The translations under genes were made by a program, and so were the position numbers. The notes beneath the pieces are model-generated. The model saw only the letters and a list, made by a program, of their open reading frames with translations. It had not been told where the DNA came from and ran no database searches. A stretch of 63,988 nucleotides of DNA, counting the filler, from Thelocarpon superellum (Eukaryota): NCBI GenBank assembly GCA_026025795.1. It is 3 parts of 3 records of this genome, joined end to end, with 100 filler letters (N's around TTAATTAATTAA, not from the genome) between each part and the next. Parts side by side here need not be neighbours in the genome. Positions count along the whole stretch, not along the records: positions 46,277 to 63,988 come from JAPEUG010000370.1; 2 more parts are not named here. One strand, 5' to 3'. Numbering within the stretch: the first letter of the stretch is position 1; each line of letters opens with the position of its first letter. Shown piece by piece: positions 57,401 to 63,988 of the stretch.

Positions 57401-59267
57401 CCTGAAGGAGAAGGCCAAGATCCTGGTGGCGGACGGCGCCTTCCTGCTCGGTTGCACGGATGAGACGCAGACGCTCCAGGGCCATCGGACGGCGGCGCAG
57501 CCCGGACCGGACGCGACGGCGGCGCAGCGGCTGGCGTCGTTGCCGGAGATCTTCCTGCAGGTCCCGCGCCCGGGGACGGATGACGGGGGGTACGTGGTGG
57601 TGCAAGGCGTGTGCGTCTTGGCCCGCAATCCGTCGCTGCACCCGGGCGATGTCCGCGTGGTCCGCGCCGTCGACCAGCCCGGGCTGCGCCATCTGCGCGA
57701 CGTCGTGGTGCTTCCGCAGACGGGCGACCGCGATCTGGCCAGCATGTGCTCGGGCGGCGACCTGGACGGCGACGACTACATCGTCATGTGGGACGAGGAC
57801 CTGATCCCGCGCGAGTGGAACCACGCGGCCATGGATTACACGCCGGCCCAGCCGGATCCCCTGGACCGGGGGGTGACGACGCGGGACATCATCAACTTCT
57901 TCGTCAACTACATGAAGAACGACCAGCTGGGCAAGATTGCGACGTCGCATCTCGCGCACGCCGACCGGTTCGGGGTCAAGCATCCCAAGTGCCGACGCCT
58001 GGCCGAGCTGCACTCGGACGCGGTCGACTACGCCAAGTCGGGCAAGCCGGCGGCGATGGAGAAGGAGCTCGAGGCGCGACAGCGGCCGCATTTCATGGAG
58101 AGCCGGTATCGGTCCAAGGATCGGACGTACGTGTCGGACCAGGTGCTGGGCAAGCTGTACGATCAGGTGCAACGGGTCAAGTTCACGCCGCACTTTGGCG
58201 GCGCCTTTGACGCGCGCATCCTCCAGGCGCATGCGCCGTCCGCAGCCACGCTCAACGCGGCGCGCGACATCAAGGTCCTGTACGACGCGGACATGCGCCG
58301 GATCATGGCGCAATACGACGTGGCCACGGAGTTTGAGATCTGGACGACCTTTGTGCTGGAGTACTCGGCCACGATTCGCGACTTCAAGTTCCACGAGGAG
58401 ATGGGCCAGATCTCCACGGCGCTCAAGGACCGCTACCGCGCCAAGTGCACCGAGCAAGCCGGTGGCCACGACCGCGACGCCCTCGCCCAGTTCGTCGTCG
58501 CCATGTACACCGTCACGCAGCAAGAGGTCGCCGCCGCCGTGGCCGACCACGCCCAAGGATACGAGGGCGGCCCGCCGGGCGTCCCCGTCCCGCCGTGGGA
58601 TCCCAAGTCGATGCCCTTGATGAGCTTCCCGTGGATCTTCCATCAGCTCCTTGGGAAGATTGCCAACCACGATTACCAGGCCGAGCTGCCGCTGTGCCCC
58701 CCCGCGCCCACGGCGCGCCCGGGAACGACGGCCGGGCGGACGGTGCGGAGCGAGGGCCGGGACGACGCGACGGCCGTGGTGGAGGAGGAAGACGTCCTGG
58801 AGACGGCCGACGGATTGACCCATCGTGGCGATTTGCTCCAGCTCTTCCAGCACGACGCCCCGTCGGTCGAGGCCCTGGGCGTGGCGGCGCGCGCCCCGTC
58901 CTTGGCCGCATCGGACACGGGCTCGGTCGGGCGGGTGGATCTCCTGACGGGCGATCGAGAGCCCATGCCCGCCTTGACCCAGGACGTGATTGAGCTGACG
59001 TCGACCCATGATGCGTCGGGCTTGGAGCCGGAGGAGGAGGATCATGGCGACCTGATCGACTTTGGTCCGATGCCGGAGTCAACGGGCCACCGGGTAGACA
59101 TGGCGTCGGATGACCGCGCTTCATCCCCTCGGACGCCGGAGCCCGTGGATGATCTGTCGGGGCCCAGGGAGAAAGACGACGAGGACGTGGGGGTGGAGGT
59201 GGTTGACTTGGATCTCGGCGGAGAGTTTGCGCTCGACGTGCTGCAACGCCTGCTCGACGAGGCGTAG
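54461..59267 (+). CDS. RNA-dependent RNA polymerase (eukaryotic RNAi RdRP, probably SAD-1/Rdp1-like) with N-terminal RRM; intron 55195-55246; start codon tentative
   Basis: RRM VRVRGLP...IDFIELFED...ARIRF; FLAFGNSQFRE, ARLGQCFSTT, FTDGVGKIS, QFRLGGCKG, RNPSLHPGD, catalytic CSGGDLDGDDY, LHSDAVDYAKSG. Confidence 0.95.
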
Positions 59268-59291
59268 GGCGTCACAGACGGCGAGACGGGC

Positions 59292-59378
59292 AGACGGACA
59301 GGCAGGCACAGACACAGACACAGACACATACACAGACACATACACAGATGCACACATACAGACAGACAGACAGACATA
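59292..59378. repeat. Degenerate (ACAG/ACAC)n microsatellite in the RdRP 3' region
   Basis: cagacacagacacagacacatacacagac...cagacagacagac. Confidence 0.8.
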
Positions 59379-59729
59379 GAGAGCAGAGGGAGTAATGGAA
59401 GCATCCGTTGACCTATATCATGGAACGGGAGACTGGGGCGGGTGTGCTCACTCCGCAAAGGTCGTGGTGAGATGAGGCGATTCGTCGTCCTCTTCCTCTC
59501 GTCCTGCCAACTTCACCAGCTCCCGACTCACAACGCCCACACTCATCCATCAAGAATAAGGGCGCTGCATGATACAAGATCGTATCGGATGCACCATCCA
59601 ACCCAGGAAGAGAAGCTCTAATCAAGGATCAAGAAACCTCGCCGATCGCACCATTACTGGGCTTGAGATGAAAAGATGAAAACACATCCCCTCGCCGCCA
59701 ATCATCCCACCACATAGCGCCAGACCGAA

Positions 59730-61097
59730 ATGTCACCACCATTACCGCCCCTCTTGGCGCCGGTGCTCCATCTTCCGCACACGCCATCGTCTGTGATTCT
59801 CCTATCATATGTGCTCGGGGCATCGGCCAATTGGCTGGTGGTCTTGTTCATTGCGGGCTATCTGTCATCGTCTTCAGCGCCCCCGAGACCGCGGGAAGGA
59901 CGGGAGAATGGACAGGACCAGCGACCGAGAGGAGAAGGGGTGCAGGAGCAAGAGAAGACGCAGGAAAAGGTCGTCGTCGTCTTGATGAGCTTTCTACGTG
60001 ACTGGACGTTCTGGAGTAAAGAATTGAGCCGGACGGTCAGTTTCTCGATTACATTCACCAAGCTTGCGTTCCGTCTCCGTGTTGCATCCAATGTTCTGTT
60101 CCTTTCGTCCACCATCTCTTCTGCTGCACGGACAACGTCAGTGTGGAGATGGATTGGACCGACCACATGTCCGTGACAGAAGCTGACCAGGCGCTTGTGA
60201 CACCCTAGGGCGTGGACACAAAGAGATGCATCGGCAACGACCATTCGATCCGATTCATCGATGGCCTGGCGAGCGGGCACGACCTGACGATTGAGCGACT
60301 GGGGGAGAGACTTGCACTGGAGATCGCGGCTGCGAGGACGATGCATGGGAGAGAAGGGGACGACGGCGACGACGATGGTCCAGCGATCGTGCTTGTTCTC
60401 GACGGCCTCGACTTCCTCCTTGCCGTCACCCCGCCGTCTTCTCTGACAGCACAGGGACACGACGGAACGAGCACGTCGGCCACCCCTGGAACGCTCCGTC
60501 CTGACCTGCTCCCCCCCGAAGTGAGGATGTGGAACATGTTGATGGGGTTGAGAGGGGTATGGATTGCCCAGCGTCCAACATGCTCTTCCGTTCTCTCCCT
60601 TCCTCCCTCACCAACCCTGCGTCTCCCCTGACCACCGAGACCCAGCTAGTCCGTCACGTTACTGAATCAAGCAATAGCAAGTCCACACGACCATAGTGAC
60701 CCTCTCCGGCGACGCGCCGCTGTTACACCCCTCCCTCACCTCCTCCAGCTCATTTGCGACGGCGCCCGCTCAACCCCTGGCAACCACGCACGCCGCATTC
60801 CTCACGACAACGGCACACAGCGCCGCTCTCACGCTGTCTCTACGCCGGCTGGACTCGGGCGCCGCGCGGGATGTGAGCGGGGTCTTGCGCGTCTCGACCA
60901 CGCTCAACCACTGGGATGGTCACGGTGGTGCGGCAGCAGGAGCCCAGGGGCAGAGGGCAGAGGATATGGCGGGGGTCGAAGAGGGCGAGTTTTTGTATCA
61001 CGTCCACACCGCCGCTAGTCCCGCTGCCGCTGGGGGAGGCGGGGCACGTGGAGAAGGGGCAGGAGGCGTGAGGGTCTTTCGGCGGGGAGAGCTGTAG
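59730..61097 (+). CDS. ELP6: Elongator complex subunit 6-like (RecA-like fold), 2 introns
   Basis: ILLSYVLGASANWLV, VVLMSFLRDWTFW, FIDGL, LVLDGLDFLLA, HAAFLTTTAHSA..LSLRRLDSGAARDVSGVLRV, EFLYHV, VRVFRRGE. Confidence 0.78.
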
Positions 61098-61561
61098 ATG
61101 GAGACGTGATAATCTATCACGTTCATGTCAGGTTCGTGATATGCACAGGCATGACTCGCGGCGTAACTCGACTCGCACAGTCTCCATCTACTTATCAGCC
61201 AGTGCACACACGCACTGCCAAAAAGGGGGCAAGAGCAAAAGGAACTGGATGGAGTGTTTCCCGCTGTGTGCGTTCATTAATATCTCGAGGCTGATGTCTT
61301 ATTGCGCCTGTCTGCTTGCCACACAGCGTGTCCTGCATCGGACAGGAACGGGAAGCGGAGAAGAGAGGAGAGGCGGACTTCATCTTTGACCGCCCCTTCG
61401 CAGAGTAGATGTGTGTCCTTCAATGACAGCCAAGGCTGCGTTTCGCATTGGCCGTCTTGTTCGCCCCTTCACCTGTTTGGTCAGTGGCATGAGACCGTGC
61501 ACGTGAAGACAACAGCGTCGAGATCTACATTGACTTTCATAAAGACGTGACTGTGACTGTG

Positions 61562-61597
61562 GTGATGATGAAGATGAAGATGAAGATGATGATGACT
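61562..61597. repeat. (GAT/GAAGAT)n simple repeat
   Basis: gtgatgatgaagatgaagatgaagatgatgatga between convergent ELP6 and RPL37. Confidence 0.75.
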
Positions 61598-61748
61598 GAT
61601 GGTGATGACCTGGATTCATGCTCTACTACATGTAGCAAGCTTGCGAGTGCAGCGCAGCGCAAACCCGACCCGGCTTGATTCCTGTCCTTCTTCACTTCAC
61701 AGTCATCATCGCCCCATCTTCCTCCCTCGGACCCTGCTCCATACCATC

Positions 61749-62405
61749 CTACTCTTCCTTCCCAGGTCCTCTCGCACCCTTGGGAGCCCCGATCTGAAAG
61801 CCGTTCTTGAATCGTCGTGGAATCTCCTTCATGTATCGCATCCGTCCCGTGCCCGTCGTCTTTCTCCGCTTGGCCTTCTCGCCCCAGTTGTCTGTCAGGT
61901 ATTGCGTCAGTACGGCGTCACAGTGCGCACAGGGAAGATAAGAAGGTGCTGAGGTGAGAGCATTTGAAATCTTGACGTGGGATGGACTGCCACGTACATT
62001 GTCGAATCTTAGCGGCGGGATATCCACATGACGAGCACGTGTGCTTTTGAATGTGGAGAGAGCGGCGGCCTATGGTCAGCCGGTCAGTGTCTGGTCCGTA
62101 CGATGCTTCATCGGCCCACTCGGTTCCTTCTCCTGCCACGCCCAGCCTCCACGCCTCTTTCTCGTGGATCTCGCCGAAAACATGGCCTGAAAGGGATTGC
62201 ACTCACCACAACGTCTGCAGAGTGTGTGGCTTTTATTCTATTCGGCACACCCGTCAGTGCATGTTGCCGGAGAGGCAGGCCTGTTCCATCACTTACATGG
62301 CGTTTGCCAAAGCTGGACGTTCCCTTTGCTGTGGAATGGTCAGTTCCATCGTCGTCGCGGCCGACCGGGCCAATCCACAACGTGTACATCAAGGAACGTA
62401 CTCAT
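61749..62405 (-). CDS. RPL37: 60S ribosomal protein L37, 4 introns
   Basis: [68 protein letters not shown]...FKNGFQ. Confidence 0.96.
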
Positions 62406-62689
62406 CTTGGCTCAAGGGAACCGTGGTCCAGGGAAGGTCGGCGTTGATAGTTGACGGTCGGTGGTCGTGAAGGTGGAAGGTCGTCCAGGGTCGGATTGTA
62501 TGTCGCGCGCTAGTGTCGGTCGCGAAGTGTGTGGTGCGAGGTCGCTTAGGGCAAGCCCACCAGCATACCCCATCTCAAGGTACCAAGTACCAGCGCTAGA
62601 TGATGCGATCGTACTACGATCTAATGAAAGCACCCCGCATATCTACTCATCCCAGTGCCAATTCCAAGTCCAATTCCATGTAAATGCAA

Positions 62690-63918
62690 TTAGGCCCTCC
62701 GTGGATTCCAATCAACTTCCAACTCCACCTGTCCATCCCTCACGACCTTGCCCCGATCCCATTCCCGTCCCTCCCCGTGTTTCGCCCATCGTACATCATC
62801 TGCCTTCTTGCCTCCGCCCTTCTCCCACTTCTGCACGTCTTCTTCTGTAAAGCCGGCGGACCGTAGCCGCTCCGCACCCTGCTCTTTCCACCGCTGTCGA
62901 TCGCGCAGCGCTTCCAACGCCTGATCCCAATCGTCTTCCGATTCAGAGTTCGGTCGCACGTCCGCGGTGGGGTCGTAGGTGGACGAGAAGTGAGAATCCA
63001 TCGCCGAAGCAGACGCAAAGGTGCCACGTCCGCGCGATCGCACCTTAGACGGCGGTGGCGGTGGCGGTGGCGCCGGCCCGATGAGGTCGTCCAACGGGTC
63101 GGAGTCGGATCCAGCGGCTCCCTCTTCCCTCCGTGCTGCTCGTCCATTCTCTCGAGTTGAAGATCCTCCAAGGTGAGCACCATCCGTAGGTGATCGTGCA
63201 GGAGAAAAGGATCGTTGCCGCCGTTTCCGCCGGTCGCGATGACGGTCGCTACGCCTCTTCTCTTCCAATGAGGATGGGGACCCCGATCGCGGTGATCGGT
63301 GCCGACGCCGTCGATCCTCTCGAGGTCGAGACCTGCTCCGATGTCGCCGTCGAGAGCTCCCTCGCTCGTGCCCGCCCTTGGGATGAGGACGATCATCTTT
63401 GCCGCCCGTCCTTCCACGGGGTCTTGCTCGTTCCTGGCTCCGTCGACGAGGGCGGGATCCATCACGATCCCGACGTTCATGTCGATGTCGGTAATCCTCC
63501 ATAGTCTCATCATCGCGGCTTATCCGCCGTCTCTTCCGCCGCTGACTGTCGTCATCGCCTTCCGGTGCTTGATGAGCACTGCGCCTTTCCCGATCCCTGC
63601 GCCGCTCCTCGTCTTCCTGGAGTGTCCGAAGGCGGGCCCGTGACTCCTCTGCCTCCTTGGCCAGCAGAGCGGCATTGTGGCTATCGGTCTCTTTGATGAT
63701 GTTCCTGAGGAAGCGTGTGTTGGGCTTCGGCGCATTGGTCGTGGGTCTATGTATCGCCACACGTCATCAGTGTAAACATGATCCGAACCTCATCGGACCT
63801 ACCGTTTAGGAAAAAATGCCTGAAGTCCTAGAGCAGAGTATTTGATCGTGCTCGCTCGCGCGTCTTTTTTGAGCAGATCCGCAACCAGATCATCCGACAA
63901 TGAATCGTCGGCCGGCAT
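62690..63918 (-). CDS. Conserved fungal Arg/Ser-rich nuclear protein (possibly splicing-associated), 1 intron
   Basis: MPADDSLSDDLVADLLKKDA...|PNTRFLRNIIKETDSHNAALL, RS-rich middle, DDWDQALEALRDR...GAERLRSAGF...WAKHGEGREWDRGK. Confidence 0.75.
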
Positions 63919-63988
63919 GTCAAGGAAGGTCGGCCACCCTCAGCACGGGCACAAAAGCACAGGTAGCTGGGCTTCCCCGTCCACCGAT

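Noticed and set aside
55680..59045. 1121-aa antisense ORF over the RdRP
   Set aside because: Shadow ORF from strong GC3 codon bias; no recognisable motifs; fully antiparallel to a conserved gene.
60036..60208. Longer-than-usual ELP6 intron (and RPL37 intron 3) as snoRNA hosts
   Set aside because: No clear C/D boxes or H/ACA architecture seen by eye.

Overview
This is GC-rich, intron-containing DNA from a filamentous ascomycete fungus (Pezizomycotina-type genes with short GT-AG introns and CTRAC-like branch sites). It has two 100-bp scaffold gaps (44 N + TTAATTAATTAA + 44 N), both inside low-complexity coding repeats. Most of the window is housekeeping genes: MET17 (3' part), a peroxisomal long-chain acyl-CoA synthetase, MAK10, ATP15, QCR2, RPC82, an Abp2-like protein, a PMP47-type carrier, ERG9, a DnaJ/DnaJ-X protein, DNA polymerase kappa, an RPEL protein, NBS1, an Irc21-like cytochrome b5 protein, an ER FKBP, ELP6, RPL37 and two conserved hypotheticals. 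Two parts stand out. (1) A ~10-kb island holds two secreted proteins I do not recognise. One is a P/S/T/L tandem-repeat protein. The other is a 1368-aa single-exon precursor of eight homologous ~140-150-aa domains separated by basic, Kex2-like linkers. (2) A 4-exon, >1350-aa gene combines three CxxC...CxxC modules, a Zn2Cys6 cluster, C2H2 fingers and polyQ. It sits head-to-head with a SAD-1-like RNA-dependent RNA polymerase. All gene models were spliced by eye and all family calls come from recognised motifs; no database search was run.
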